Origin: Candidatus Delongbacteria bacterium
GTDB lineage: Bacteria > CAIWAD01
DNA: 64,000 nucleotides
NCBI GenBank assembly: GCA_963663545.1
Contig: OY760505.1
Coordinates: 1,120,001-1,184,000, forward strand
Direction of reading: 5' to 3'
In this document: positions 47,000 to 57,088 of the stretch, piece by piece
Layout: each line of letters begins with the position of its first letter
Position numbering within the stretch: position 1 is the stretch's first letter
The notes under the pieces: generated by a model
The model's database searches: none
What the model saw: the letters and a program-made list of their open reading frames with translations, nothing else
Told to the model about the DNA's origin: nothing
Position numbers and translations under genes: made by a program

Positions 47000-48085
47000 C
47001 TAGCTCTCCTTGTGTTGCATCAGATCCATGGGACGCAAGCCCAGTCTGAACAGACCGATCAGGCCCAAAACCGTCAGAACCACCCAGGTCACCAGGTGAT
47101 TAGCTAGCGCAAAGCCTTGAGCCGCGCTGGAGTTCACTCCCAGCATGCTCACAGCCATTGCGCTGAAATACTGCACCGTGCCAATTGCACCGGGAGCAGC
47201 AGGGATGGCATAGCCAAATGTCAGCAGTGTCAACACGAACAGCAATGCCCCGACAGGACTCTCAGCAAGAGCTTGACAACTCTGCTGTGTCACACCAACC
47301 GCCGCCAGCATTAAACGAAGTGCACAGAGGTAACCTACCTGTACCAGCGCGCTTTGCCCCAGAAGGAGCAGTGCCTGAACCGGTGAACGCAAAATGGTGA
47401 GGCCATTGGCAAAGCCCTCAACCATGCGCACAAGAGGTTGAGCGATTCTTGCCGGCAATACGCCCAGCACTTTTTCCACCAAGACAATCATCGGGCCACG
47501 TAACACAACCATTGCAACAAGCGCCGCCAGAATCAGGCCAGCAATCAACCCCAGCCAGGGCGTCAGTGCAATAAGCTGTTCCAGGGTTTTACTGCCGGTT
47601 TGGAGCTCCGGCATCAATAATAGGGCCAGCAACAACACGCCTAGCGTTCCGAGGAAATCAAGTAGACGCTCAAGAACTACAGTGGCCAAAGCGGATGAAA
47701 AACCGCTGCGCGTGATACGCCCTAATAATCCGGCACGGGCGACTTCACCCAATCGCATGGGTAAGACATTGTTGGCTAGATAGCCAAGGTTTGTCAAGTG
47801 AAACATGAGTGATACACGCACAGGCGCAAGCGGACGCGTGATACACTGCCAGCGCCACCCACGCACCACCATGTTTAGCGCAGTTACAGCTATTGCGCCC
47901 AACAAAGGAAGCAAACGAGCGTGCAAGAAGACTTGCCCGACTTCAGGCCAATTGATGCGGGAATGAAAGATCGCCGCAAACAGACTTGTATCACCACTGC
48001 GCCAGACAGCCAGATCGGGTGCAAAAAGAAACAGATACAGAAACAGCGCGGAGAGCAGAAATGCAATCCACTGTTTATGCTTCAT
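47000..48085 (-). CDS. Lysylphosphatidylglycerol-synthase TM-domain (UPF0104, flippase-like) protein
   Basis: RGWRW, NNVLPMRLGEVAR, ERLLD and PAAPGAIG. Confidence 0.88.
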   Translation of the reverse strand: MKHKQWIAFLLSALFLYLFLFAPDLAVWRSGDTSLFAAIFHSRINWPEVGQVFLHARLLPLLGAIAVTALNMVVRGWRWQCITRPLAPVRVSLMFHLTNLGYLANNVLPMRLGEVARAGLLGRITRSGFSSALATVVLERLLDFLGTLGVLLLALLLMPELQTGSKTLEQLIALTPWLGLIAGLILAALVAMVVLRGPMIVLVEKVLGVLPARIAQPLVRMVEGFANGLTILRSPVQALLLLGQSALVQVGYLCALRLMLAAVGVTQQSCQALAESPVGALLFVLTLLTFGYAIPAAPGAIGTVQYFSAMAVSMLGVNSSAAQGFALANHLVTWVVLTVLGLIGLFRLGLRPMDLMQHKES

Positions 48086-48741
48086 TCGGCGACCTCATCG
48101 AGCACAAGCAATTCGTAGCCCGTTGGTAGCTCCATCTTCAGCTTATCCGCAAGTGTTCCTGGAAGCTCTCCCTCAGACCAGGATTGACGCCCTGTGATAC
48201 GATACTGGTTCCAGTTGTCACCGGCATCGACAAACTCAATTTCGCCCGGCTGCCAGTGACCTGATTCGCGACGCAGCACCAGAAAGACCTGGCGCATGAA
48301 ATCGCTATCGCCCTTGACCTGCAGCTCCAGACGTTTTGTATCACCGTCGAGATCGCTGACGCGCCCCGGGTTGAAGCGATCATCAAGATGTGCCAGAAAC
48401 TGGTGAGGTAAAATCACATCCTGGCTGCTGTTCAGTGTCTCTTGCAGTACTTGCCCGCTGCCCTCTTCCCAGCGCCACAGCCGTGTTCCGTCCGAAAGCA
48501 GATGCGCGCCTTCCATATCCACGCGAAAGGCGCCCTCTGGCGCCAACAGCAGACTGCCCGCGTTGCTGACCGTGTCACCGGCGAGTTCCCACACAAAGGT
48601 GTTGGTAAAATCCACTTGCCAGAAATCGGCGCTCGCATAGGTATCACGTGCGTCTTTCAGCAGACGGTCGCCTTCACCGGCATACGCATGACCTACTACA
48701 AGCAGTAACACAAGAAGGTGTTGGAGCATAATCAGCCTCAC
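48082..48741 (-). CDS. lolA: LolA-like outer-membrane lipoprotein carrier
   Basis: Signal peptide, FRVDM...LLSDGTRLW, and the conserved position after ftsK. Confidence 0.75.
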   Translation of the reverse strand: MRLIMLQHLLVLLLVVGHAYAGEGDRLLKDARDTYASADFWQVDFTNTFVWELAGDTVSNAGSLLLAPEGAFRVDMEGAHLLSDGTRLWRWEEGSGQVLQETLNSSQDVILPHQFLAHLDDRFNPGRVSDLDGDTKRLELQVKGDSDFMRQVFLVLRRESGHWQPGEIEFVDAGDNWNQYRITGRQSWSEGELPGTLADKLKMELPTGYELLVLDEVAE

Positions 48742-51194
48742 CGATTTTCGTCCAACCAGGACTCATCCACCAGGACTTCTCGTGCCTTGGAGCCGTCAAA
48801 CGGACCCACGACGCCAGCGATTTCGAGCTCATCAATCAATCGGCTGGCGCGACTATGGCCAACGCGCAGACGGCGTTGTAACACAGACACCGATCCCTGT
48901 CGCGAACGTATCACGATCTCTGCCGCATCGTGGAACAGCTCGTCGCGTTCGCCCGTGTCAAATCCCCCTGGCCCACTGGTATCTTCGCTCTCGCGCATCG
49001 GCAACTTGAACTTTTCGAAGTCGCGGCTCTGTTTGCGAATGTGATCCATCAGGCGGCGAATCTCTTTACCGCTGATGAAACAGTTGTGCATACGCTGGGG
49101 CTCCGGGCTGCCGGAGGCTAGATAGAGCATGTCGCCCTTACCCAGCAGCTGATCGGCGCCCATGGCATCGATAATCGTCTTGCTGTCCACTTTTTGTCTC
49201 ACGGCAAAGGCGATGCGAGCGGGGAAATTGGCTTTGATCAGACCTGTCAACACATCGACACTCGGACGCTGCGTCGCCACTACCAGGTGAATACCGACAG
49301 CACGCGCCTTCTGCGCAAGCCGCGCAATGGAGGTCTCGATCTCCTTGCCAGCAGTCATCATCAGGTCCGCCAGCTCATCGATGATCACCACCAGGTATAC
49401 CATGCGCTCGGGGATTTCGCCTTCGGGCAGATGGTCAAAGCGAATATCACCTTCCTTCAGACGCAGCGCCACTTCACCTGATTCCAGCGCATCGTTGAAC
49501 TCCGTGATACTGCGATAGCCGGTGCGCGACAGAGCGCGATAGCGCAGATCCATCTCGATTTCGATGGCTTCCAGCACACGCACGGCATCCTGCGGACTGG
49601 TAACGACCGGACCTTCGATGCCGGAAATCCCCGCCAGGAAATGGTGTGCTACACGGGCGTAGTCGGAAAGCTCGATCATCTTGGGATCGATGAGGACGAA
49701 CTGCACTTCGGTAGGCAGAGCGCGCAACAGAATGGAGCAGATAAAACTGTTGATGCAGACGGACTTGCCCGCTCCCGTCTGACCGGCAATCAGGATATGC
49801 GGCATGGAGCGCAGATCGGCCACCGCTGCTTCGCCACTGGAAGTCTTGCCCAAGGCAATGGTCAGCGGGCTGGCCGCGCGCGAGAACTTCTCGGTATTGA
49901 CGATGGATTTCATGAAGACCATGTTTCGCTTCGAATTGGGCAGCTCAATGCCCACGGCGCCCTTGCCGGGAACAGGTGCGATAATGCGAATGCGTTCTGC
50001 ACGCAGTGCCAGAGCGAGATCGTCTGCCAATCCGGCAATACGACTCACCTTGACGCCCGGTGCCGGTTCCAGATCGTAGCGCGTAATCACCGGACCGGGA
50101 TGTACGTGAACCACACGCGCTTCGACGTTGAAATCCTTCAGGCAACTGACCAGCTGCTGGCTCGCCAGCTGAATGTCCTCATCGGTGACGTGATACTCAT
50201 CCGTGGGCGGATCGTCCAACAGATCCACCGAAGGCGGTACGTACTTGTAGGGGCCGCGCGCGCGCTTGACTCGGAAATGTTGCTCCTGCTCGATGATCTC
50301 GTCGCTAACATCGAACTCATCTTCTTCCGTTCCCTGCTCGGACTGTGATACAGTCCCGGAATCATCATAGGAGTCATCTAGTGGCAACGCGCCCTGCTCT
50401 TCCTCTTCACCGGCCCGCTCCTGCTCCTGCTCGCGCTTGAGCATGGCCGCGCGCAAGGCTTCACGCTCCTCGGCACGCGCCTGCTCTTCCTCGGCCTTGC
50501 GAACGCGCTCTGCATCGCGCTCAGATTTGGCCTGCTCACGAGCGGCTTTTGCTGTATCACGCTTGCGCTTCTCGTGCTCCTGCCGACGACGTGCTCTCAG
50601 CTGATACAGACGGCGCAGACCTTCTGTCAGACGCGCACGAATCACATGGATCACATTTTGCATTGCCTCTACGGGACGCACCAACAGCACGCCGGGATGC
50701 AAATGGAACACAATGGCGAGCACGATCAGGTCCAGGGTCAGTATCACAATGATCGCGCCGGGAAGATGTGCCACACGCATCAGCCAGTTGACCGATAAAA
50801 CAGCAGCACTGCCCGCTTCCCAGGCACCGTCAAGAGTGCCCTGGTCGAAGGCGCGTACGCGGACTAAGGCATGAGTCAGCGCACCGGCACACGCAAACAG
50901 AAGCTGGCGACTGAAGCGCGGTACGCGCTGTGATACAGGCAGCGAACGCAGCATGGCCCAGCCGGTTTGCAGAATGATCGCCGGCAGGACAAGCGTCCAG
51001 AAAAAGCCCAGGCCAAAATTGATGAAGGGGTGCGAGAGATAGTAGCCGACGATGGAAAGCGCATGCTCATAGCTGCCCTGTTCCAGCCTCGCGCTCAGCA
51101 TGGACAGGATCTGCAGAAGGCCAAGTGCCAGAAGCACAAGACCAACCAGAACACGGGCATCGACCCCTGGGCGTCGCTGTTGCCGTGTTGCCAT
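48738..51194 (-). CDS. ftsK: DNA translocase FtsK
   Basis: N-terminal TM helices, HILIAGQTGAGKS, IDELADLM, ATQRPSVD and gamma domain SVLQRRLRVG. Confidence 0.97.
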   Translation of the reverse strand: MATRQQRRPGVDARVLVGLVLLALGLLQILSMLSARLEQGSYEHALSIVGYYLSHPFINFGLGFFWTLVLPAIILQTGWAMLRSLPVSQRVPRFSRQLLFACAGALTHALVRVRAFDQGTLDGAWEAGSAAVLSVNWLMRVAHLPGAIIVILTLDLIVLAIVFHLHPGVLLVRPVEAMQNVIHVIRARLTEGLRRLYQLRARRRQEHEKRKRDTAKAAREQAKSERDAERVRKAEEEQARAEEREALRAAMLKREQEQERAGEEEEQGALPLDDSYDDSGTVSQSEQGTEEDEFDVSDEIIEQEQHFRVKRARGPYKYVPPSVDLLDDPPTDEYHVTDEDIQLASQQLVSCLKDFNVEARVVHVHPGPVITRYDLEPAPGVKVSRIAGLADDLALALRAERIRIIAPVPGKGAVGIELPNSKRNMVFMKSIVNTEKFSRAASPLTIALGKTSSGEAAVADLRSMPHILIAGQTGAGKSVCINSFICSILLRALPTEVQFVLIDPKMIELSDYARVAHHFLAGISGIEGPVVTSPQDAVRVLEAIEIEMDLRYRALSRTGYRSITEFNDALESGEVALRLKEGDIRFDHLPEGEIPERMVYLVVIIDELADLMMTAGKEIETSIARLAQKARAVGIHLVVATQRPSVDVLTGLIKANFPARIAFAVRQKVDSKTIIDAMGADQLLGKGDMLYLASGSPEPQRMHNCFISGKEIRRLMDHIRKQSRDFEKFKLPMRESEDTSGPGGFDTGERDELFHDAAEIVIRSRQGSVSVLQRRLRVGHSRASRLIDELEIAGVVGPFDGSKAREVLVDESWLDENR

Positions 51195-51988
51195 CAGCTC
51201 GTCGATTTTCTGCTGCTGCGACGGCGGCGCGGCTTCTCGGGTGCTGCCGCCACTGTGCCGGAAATCAGCGTAATCTGATCGCCGGTAAAGACGGGAACCA
51301 CATCCAGGCTGTCCACGCGTGCGCACAGGTCCAGATCGTCAGCAAACTCGAGGCTGCTCAAATAGCTACCGTGCTCAGACTCTTTCATGCAGGACACCAG
51401 GTCACTGCCATAGCGCTCCGCCAGAATCAGTCCCACACGAGCAGCGTCGTTGAGCTCGCACCCGGCACCCTCGCAGGCTTCAATCAGGCCACGCACCATC
51501 ATGCCAGCGCAGACACTGTCTTCCAGGCAGAACTGGTCGCCCGAACCCGCACAGCAGATGAGCACGTCCTCGCCCTCTTTGTGCAGATGTTGGACCAGCG
51601 CCTTCAGGTTGACGTAGGCGCCAATGAATACCTGGCGCGTAGCACGCAGACGATAGAGCGCCTGTGTACCGTTGCTGGTAACGAAAACCAGTGTGCGACC
51701 GGCAACTACTTCGGGCGTGTACTCGGCGGGGCTGTTGCCCAGATCGAAATCCGGCAGCCGCCGCCCATCGCGCTCACCGCCCAGAAGCAAGCTGTTGCGT
51801 CCCAGGGCTTCCACAAAGCTCGTGGCCTTGCCCGGATCAGGGACAGGTAACACGCGGCTGCAGCCCGCTGCAAGGGCATGGCAAATCGTGGTGGTGGCCC
51901 GCAGGGCATCAATCACCACCACGCTGCGACGCGATTTCAGCAGGTCTTCTTTGACCTGAGGGATCGTGAAGAAAACGTCAATTCTCAC
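51194..51988 (-). CDS. comB: 2-phosphosulfolactate phosphatase family protein
   Basis: VVIDALRATTT, GERDG, GNSP, TSNGT and LEDSVCAG. Confidence 0.92.
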   Translation of the reverse strand: MRIDVFFTIPQVKEDLLKSRRSVVVIDALRATTTICHALAAGCSRVLPVPDPGKATSFVEALGRNSLLLGGERDGRRLPDFDLGNSPAEYTPEVVAGRTLVFVTSNGTQALYRLRATRQVFIGAYVNLKALVQHLHKEGEDVLICCAGSGDQFCLEDSVCAGMMVRGLIEACEGAGCELNDAARVGLILAERYGSDLVSCMKESEHGSYLSSLEFADDLDLCARVDSLDVVPVFTGDQITLISGTVAAAPEKPRRRRSSRKSTS

Positions 51989-53088
51989 CTGGCAGGTACT
52001 TCCAACTGAACAAAGGGGACAGGAATCACGCGCGCCTTCAAACGGCGTCCGCGCACTTCCACATCAAACTCGCTGCCCTCTTCGCAATAAGGCGGCTTCA
52101 GGTAGACCATGCCCACCGGCTTGCCCAACATTGGACTCATGACTCCGGAGGTCACCACGCCCACCTTCTCGTCGCCAACATAGCAGTCATAGCCGTGGCG
52201 CGGAATGCCGCGATCCAGCAGTTCGAAGCCCACCAGCAGACGGTCCACGCCTTCCTTCAGGTGGCGCAGCACAACTTCCTTGCCCAGAAAATCCGCCTTT
52301 TTCTTCTGCTTGGTGATCCAGGCCAGATTGGCCTCGATGGTGCTGGTGGTCATATCAATGTCGTTGCCGTACAGGGCGAACTTCATCTCGAGACGCAGAC
52401 TATCGCGAGCACCCAGGCCAATGGGCTTCAGCCAGCCTTCGCCCTTGGCGAAAAGCAGGTCCCACAGGCGCAGCGCGTCCTCGTTACGCACGTAGAGCTC
52501 AAAACCGCGCTCACCCGTGTAGCCGGTGCGGGCGATGATCAGCGGGATTCCCTGCAGGCTGCCCTGAAACAGGAAATTGTAGTAGGCCATTTCGCTGATG
52601 TCCTGGTCGGCCAGCTCGACGACGAGCTTGTAGGCGTCCTTGCCCTGCACGGCCAGCAGACTGAACTCGTCACTGCGGTCCACCAGCTGCACGTCACCCT
52701 CGAGGTGCGAAGTCAGCCAGTCGTAGTCCTTGTGCCGGTTGGAGGCATTGACCACCAACATGAAATGCGTCTCGTCAATGCGATGTACCAGCAGGTCGTC
52801 CACGATGCCGCCTTCAGGCGTCATCAGGGCGCTGTACTGCACTTGACCGTCCACAAGTTTGGCGACATTGTTGACGGTCATCTTGTTCAAGAAGGCCTCG
52901 GCGTCGGAACCGCTGACGAAAAATTCGCCCATGTGGCTGACGTCAAACACGCCGCCGCGATCGCGAACCGCTTTGTGCTCTTCAACGATGGAAGTGTAAT
53001 GGGTCGGCATGCGGAATCCCGCAAACTCGACCATGTGGCCGCCTGCCGAAACGTGACGCTCGTACAGGGCTGTATTCTGAACGGTCAT
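51985..53088 (-). CDS. gcvT: Glycine cleavage system aminomethyltransferase
   Basis: FDVSHMG, RTGYTGERGFE and GLGARDSLRLE. Confidence 0.97.
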   Translation of the reverse strand: MTVQNTALYERHVSAGGHMVEFAGFRMPTHYTSIVEEHKAVRDRGGVFDVSHMGEFFVSGSDAEAFLNKMTVNNVAKLVDGQVQYSALMTPEGGIVDDLLVHRIDETHFMLVVNASNRHKDYDWLTSHLEGDVQLVDRSDEFSLLAVQGKDAYKLVVELADQDISEMAYYNFLFQGSLQGIPLIIARTGYTGERGFELYVRNEDALRLWDLLFAKGEGWLKPIGLGARDSLRLEMKFALYGNDIDMTTSTIEANLAWITKQKKKADFLGKEVVLRHLKEGVDRLLVGFELLDRGIPRHGYDCYVGDEKVGVVTSGVMSPMLGKPVGMVYLKPPYCEEGSEFDVEVRGRRLKARVIPVPFVQLEVPAR

Positions 53089-53206
53089 GCGAACCTCAGG
53101 ATGAAAATGAGTGAGATCATTAGAGGACCAAGCGAATCAATGTAACATGAACAGACGCAATTCGCAGAGCAAGGCCCGACGCGCGAGTCCGTACTATATT
53201 GGAAGC

Positions 53207-54550
53207 ATGAAGCCGATTGTCCTCATCCTGATGCTGCTCTGCGCCTGTCTGCAACTGGTTGCGCAAACGCGACTGCAGGAGACTACCGGCAAGCTCGACA
53301 GCCTCGAGCAGGCAATGGATCAGCTCAGACAGCGCGTCACACAGCTCGACAGTGACGCAGCCCGGCAGCGTGCGGACCTGAATCAGTTGCAGCAGCGGCT
53401 TTCGGCCAATCAGCAGCTTATGCAGCAACTCGCCCACGAACAGCTTCTGCTAACGCAGCGCACGGGCGAACAGGAAAACCTGCTTGCGGAAACCGCTAAT
53501 CGCCTTGAATCCCTCGAAAGGCGCGAGGAGCGCAGCCGTGACGCCCAGTTCAGTCTGCGCACCGAGACCGCCACCATCGTCCGCGACCTCTACGCCCAGC
53601 GCCACAACGACCCGCTCTATTGGCTTTTAAGCGCACCCAGCGCCAAGGACGCCCTCAGACGCGCGCGCCTATTCCCTTGGTTCCTGAAGGGACTGCGCCG
53701 TCGCCTGAACAGCCTGGACAGCCTACAGACGGAAATTCATGATCTGCAAAATCGTGCCTTGGCTGAGCGTGCTTTGCAGGAGCGCACCCTGGCCGCGCTG
53801 GCCCGCAGCCGCAGCGCCAACGAACGAAGCCGTAATGAGAGTCACGAACGCGCAGCGGACCTGGCCAACGCGCGCGCAGCCGTGGACCGCGAACTGAGTT
53901 CGCTGTTGGCAGATCGCAAACGCGCAGAGGCCCGAAGTGCAGAACTAAGTGCCGCCGGTGAGCGTGTGGCTATGTTGCTGCAAGAGCTGCGTGATACATG
54001 GGAAGCGCGCGAAGAACAACGGCGACAAGAGGACCAGCGTCTGAGCGACATCGATCAACGTCTCTCCGGCTCCAGGTCTTCCACAGCGGGTTCTGGCCAA
54101 CGCACAAATAGCGCGACACCGACGGCAGAGATTCAATCAGGAAGCGGACTGGCTACCCTTCGCGGTAAGCTGGGCCGTCCTGTTGAGGGCCGCTTGAGCC
54201 AGGCCTGGGGTATGGTGCGCAACAACACGCTGGGCACCACCACCGATAATCCCGGCACCGATTACGCCTGCACGCCTGGCGCGCCGGTCAGCGCCGTAGC
54301 TGCGGGTGAAGTTGCGCGTATCACATGGATTCCAGGCTACGGCAACACGCTGCTCTTGAATCACGGCAAAGGCTACTACACCGTCTACGCCAAACTCGAG
54401 AGCGTGCAGGTGGCCGAAGGCCAAAAGGTTCAAAGCGGCTCCTCGCTGGGGCGTGCGGGCACCTTCGACCGCCCGGGCGAGGGCAGTCTGCACTTCGAAC
54501 TCTGGCAGGACGGGCAGCACCGGAACCCCGAAGACTGGTTCGCGCGCTGA
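53207..54550 (+). CDS. envC: EnvC-like coiled-coil / degenerate M23 murein hydrolase activator
   Basis: Signal peptide, long coiled coil, GYGNTLLLNHG...LHFELW. The Zn ligands are degenerate (NPGTD). Confidence 0.82.
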   Translation: MKPIVLILMLLCACLQLVAQTRLQETTGKLDSLEQAMDQLRQRVTQLDSDAARQRADLNQLQQRLSANQQLMQQLAHEQLLLTQRTGEQENLLAETANRLESLERREERSRDAQFSLRTETATIVRDLYAQRHNDPLYWLLSAPSAKDALRRARLFPWFLKGLRRRLNSLDSLQTEIHDLQNRALAERALQERTLAALARSRSANERSRNESHERAADLANARAAVDRELSSLLADRKRAEARSAELSAAGERVAMLLQELRDTWEAREEQRRQEDQRLSDIDQRLSGSRSSTAGSGQRTNSATPTAEIQSGSGLATLRGKLGRPVEGRLSQAWGMVRNNTLGTTTDNPGTDYACTPGAPVSAVAAGEVARITWIPGYGNTLLLNHGKGYYTVYAKLESVQVAEGQKVQSGSSLGRAGTFDRPGEGSLHFELWQDGQHRNPEDWFAR

Positions 54551-54624
54551 GCTTTTCGCACCTCAAGCCGCAATTCGCCCGGCCCGGCGGATTCCTTTTT
54601 GATGCGCTTCCTTACCTTTAGTGC

Positions 54625-55761
54625 ATGCGTGCGTTCCAGAATCTAATCGGTCAACAGCATTTGCGCATGATCCTCACGCGGGGTCAGCAGCGCGCTCAGC
54701 TTGCCCACGCCTATCTCCTGCATGGAGAGGACGGCCTGGGCATGAGTGCGGCTGCGGTGGACTTTGCCCGGCTTGTGCTCTGCGAAAGTGAAGGCGAGCG
54801 GCCATGCGGCCAGTGCGCCTCGTGTCGTAAAAATGAGCGTCTGGATCACCCCGATCTGCGCATTGTAATGCCGCTGCCCACACCTCCCTCGGCGAGCGAG
54901 GACGAGGATCCCGCCGCGCATTTCGCCGAGCAGGTCAACGCCGAACTCGCACGTCTGGCCGCCGACGCCTGGCACCGTGTCTCCGTAGCTGGAGCTCGAC
55001 AGATTCTTGTAGCACAGGCGCGGCACCTGAAGCGCTGGGCCAGCTTGCGCAGCTTTGAAGGCCGTGGCCGCGTGGCCATCCTGCTGGATGCCGAGCGCAT
55101 GGGCGCCCAGGCGCAGAACGCTTTGCTGAAACTGCTGGAGGAGCCGCCCGACGGTCTCCTGCTACTTCTCTGCACCAGTGCACCCGAAGCCCTGCTGCCT
55201 ACCATTCTCAGCCGCTGTCAGCAGCTTCGTCTACAGCCCGTAGACGAGCATGAGCTGGTGGACGCCCTGGCTGCGCGATATCCAGAGCGTAAAGCCGAGG
55301 AGCTGAAGCAGGTGGCGCGTCAGGCCAGCGGCAATCCGGGTCGCGCTATCTCCCTGTTGCAAGAGGACGCTGGCGACGATGAACACGACGCCGCTGCTTT
55401 TTTGCGTGATACATTGCGTGCTGATCCGGGGCCGCTCTATCAGCGCATTTCCACTCTGGAAGCACGCAAGGATCGTCTGCTGGTTCGCGATTTGATTCGA
55501 GACCTGCAAAGCTGGCTGCAAGATATCGAGCTGATTCAAACCTGCCCCGGCAGGGCTGAAGAGCTGGTACGCAACCTGCATCAATTGGAAGCCCTCGTGC
55601 GATTTGCCGAGCGCTTTGAAGTTCGCGACCTGGACGGGCTGGCCGGGGAACTCTCGCGCCTGGCCTATCTGACGGAGCGAAATCTGCACCTCTTCATTCT
55701 GCTGACCCAAGTGGCAATAAAGCTGCGGTCGGCCATTCAAGCCCGGAGAGCAACAGCATGA
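54625..55761 (+). CDS. holB: DNA polymerase III delta' subunit
   Basis: AHAYLLHG, PCGQCASC, HPD, NALLKLLEEPP and LLPTILSRC. Confidence 0.95.
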   Translation: MRAFQNLIGQQHLRMILTRGQQRAQLAHAYLLHGEDGLGMSAAAVDFARLVLCESEGERPCGQCASCRKNERLDHPDLRIVMPLPTPPSASEDEDPAAHFAEQVNAELARLAADAWHRVSVAGARQILVAQARHLKRWASLRSFEGRGRVAILLDAERMGAQAQNALLKLLEEPPDGLLLLLCTSAPEALLPTILSRCQQLRLQPVDEHELVDALAARYPERKAEELKQVARQASGNPGRAISLLQEDAGDDEHDAAAFLRDTLRADPGPLYQRISTLEARKDRLLVRDLIRDLQSWLQDIELIQTCPGRAEELVRNLHQLEALVRFAERFEVRDLDGLAGELSRLAYLTERNLHLFILLTQVAIKLRSAIQARRATA

Positions 55762-56993
55762 AATACCTTGAAGTCCAGTTCAAGGGCAACCGCCGTGTCA
55801 CCTTCACCAACCCCAGTCTCTTTCCTGTAAAGCTGGGCGATCTAGTGGTGGTTGTGGCCGAAAAGGGTGAGGACCTGGGACGCGTAGTCCAGATCACCGA
55901 CGTGGATCGTATCACGGATGAAGAAGAGCGCCACAACGTCTCCTCCATTCTTCGCAAGGCCGGTCCACACGATTTTCAGCGTCAGCGCCGCAACCAGCAG
56001 AAAGAAGAGCGCGCCGAGGAAGTGTGCCGTCGCATGATTCAGACGCATCATCTGCCCATGAAGCTGATCAACGTTGAGTACCAGCTCGACGGGCGCAAAG
56101 TCACCTTCTTCTTTACCGCCGAAGGCCGCGTGGATTTTCGCGATCTGGTGAAAGATCTGGCTGGCGAGCTGCGCACGCGCATTGACCTGCGACAAATCGG
56201 CGCTCGCGACGAAGCGCGTAAATTCGGCGGCTTCGGCCCCTGCGGACAGCGCCAGTGCTGCAGCGGGTGGCTGTCGCGTTTTGATCCCGTGACCACTTCC
56301 ATGGCCAAGGAACAGAACCTGCCTTTGAATCCCACCAAGCTCTCGGGCAATTGCGGCCGGCTGAAATGCTGCCTGCGCTACGAGCTGGAATTCTATCGCG
56401 AGGAACTCTCCCAGTATCCGCCGGTGGACAAGCTGCTGAAAACCATCAAGGGCGCAGCGCGCATCGACAAGGTGGACATCTTCGCGGGCGAAGTGCTCAT
56501 TCGTTATCAAACAGGTGAAATTGAGACCCTGAGCCACGAGCAACTCGCCTACATCATGGATCTGGAGAACGCGCCCGTCTGCACAGCCGCAGAGATGCCT
56601 CAGCCAGGTGCGGGCCGGGAAGACATGCCACCACGCTACGCGCGTCCGAGCAGGGATACTGAACCTGCTGATTCCGAAACCGAGTCGCAGGGCGTGACAC
56701 AAGAAGAGGATTCGCCATCTGAAGAAGCGCCCCGTGAACGAAGTGAGTCTCGCCGGAGCAGCTCGGAAGACCGACGTCACAGAGAGCGTCGCACACGCAG
56801 CGAGACCAACCCGGACGAGCGCCGTCGCGAAGAACGCCGTGATACAGCGCGACGATCAGACATTCCGGAGCGCAGAGCCGACGCCGACAACGCGGACGGT
56901 GACGATGCGCAGAAGAAGCGTCGTCGCGGACGTCGAGGTGGCCGCCGTAATCGGGCTCGCCGCGAAGGCGAAGCTCCGGCACAGGACGAATAG
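55758..56993 (+). CDS. ricT: RicT/YaaT (PSP1 C-terminal domain) Fe-S regulatory protein with a long charged tail
   Basis: GRVDFRDLV, RQIGARDEA, GPCGQRQCC and LSGNCGRLKCCL. Confidence 0.93.
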   Translation: MKYLEVQFKGNRRVTFTNPSLFPVKLGDLVVVVAEKGEDLGRVVQITDVDRITDEEERHNVSSILRKAGPHDFQRQRRNQQKEERAEEVCRRMIQTHHLPMKLINVEYQLDGRKVTFFFTAEGRVDFRDLVKDLAGELRTRIDLRQIGARDEARKFGGFGPCGQRQCCSGWLSRFDPVTTSMAKEQNLPLNPTKLSGNCGRLKCCLRYELEFYREELSQYPPVDKLLKTIKGAARIDKVDIFAGEVLIRYQTGEIETLSHEQLAYIMDLENAPVCTAAEMPQPGAGREDMPPRYARPSRDTEPADSETESQGVTQEEDSPSEEAPRERSESRRSSSEDRRHRERRTRSETNPDERRREERRDTARRSDIPERRADADNADGDDAQKKRRRGRRGGRRNRARREGEAPAQDE

Positions 56994-56997
56994 ACGC

Positions 56998-57033
56998 TGT
57001 ATCACGAGGCTGATAGCGCATTTTCGTGATACA
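56998..57033. repeat. Inverted pair of the dispersed motif, TGTATCACGA-N16-TCGTGATACA
   Basis: Perfect 10-bp inverted repeat in the convergent ricT/MCP intergenic region. Confidence 0.85.
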
Positions 57034-57043
57034 AATGGAGCAT

Positions 57044-57069
57044 AAAAGCCCCGCCGAAGCGGGGCTTTT
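57044..57069. terminator. Bidirectional intrinsic terminator
   Basis: AAAAGCCCCGC-CGAA-GCGGGGCTTTT between convergent genes. Confidence 0.85.
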
Positions 57070-57088
57070 GTTTGGATCGGGTTCACAC

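Noticed and set aside
32742..57069. Shared AAAAGCCCCGC...GCGGGGCTTT hairpins as a REP family
   Set aside because: Only two close copies were seen, both at ordinary terminator positions.
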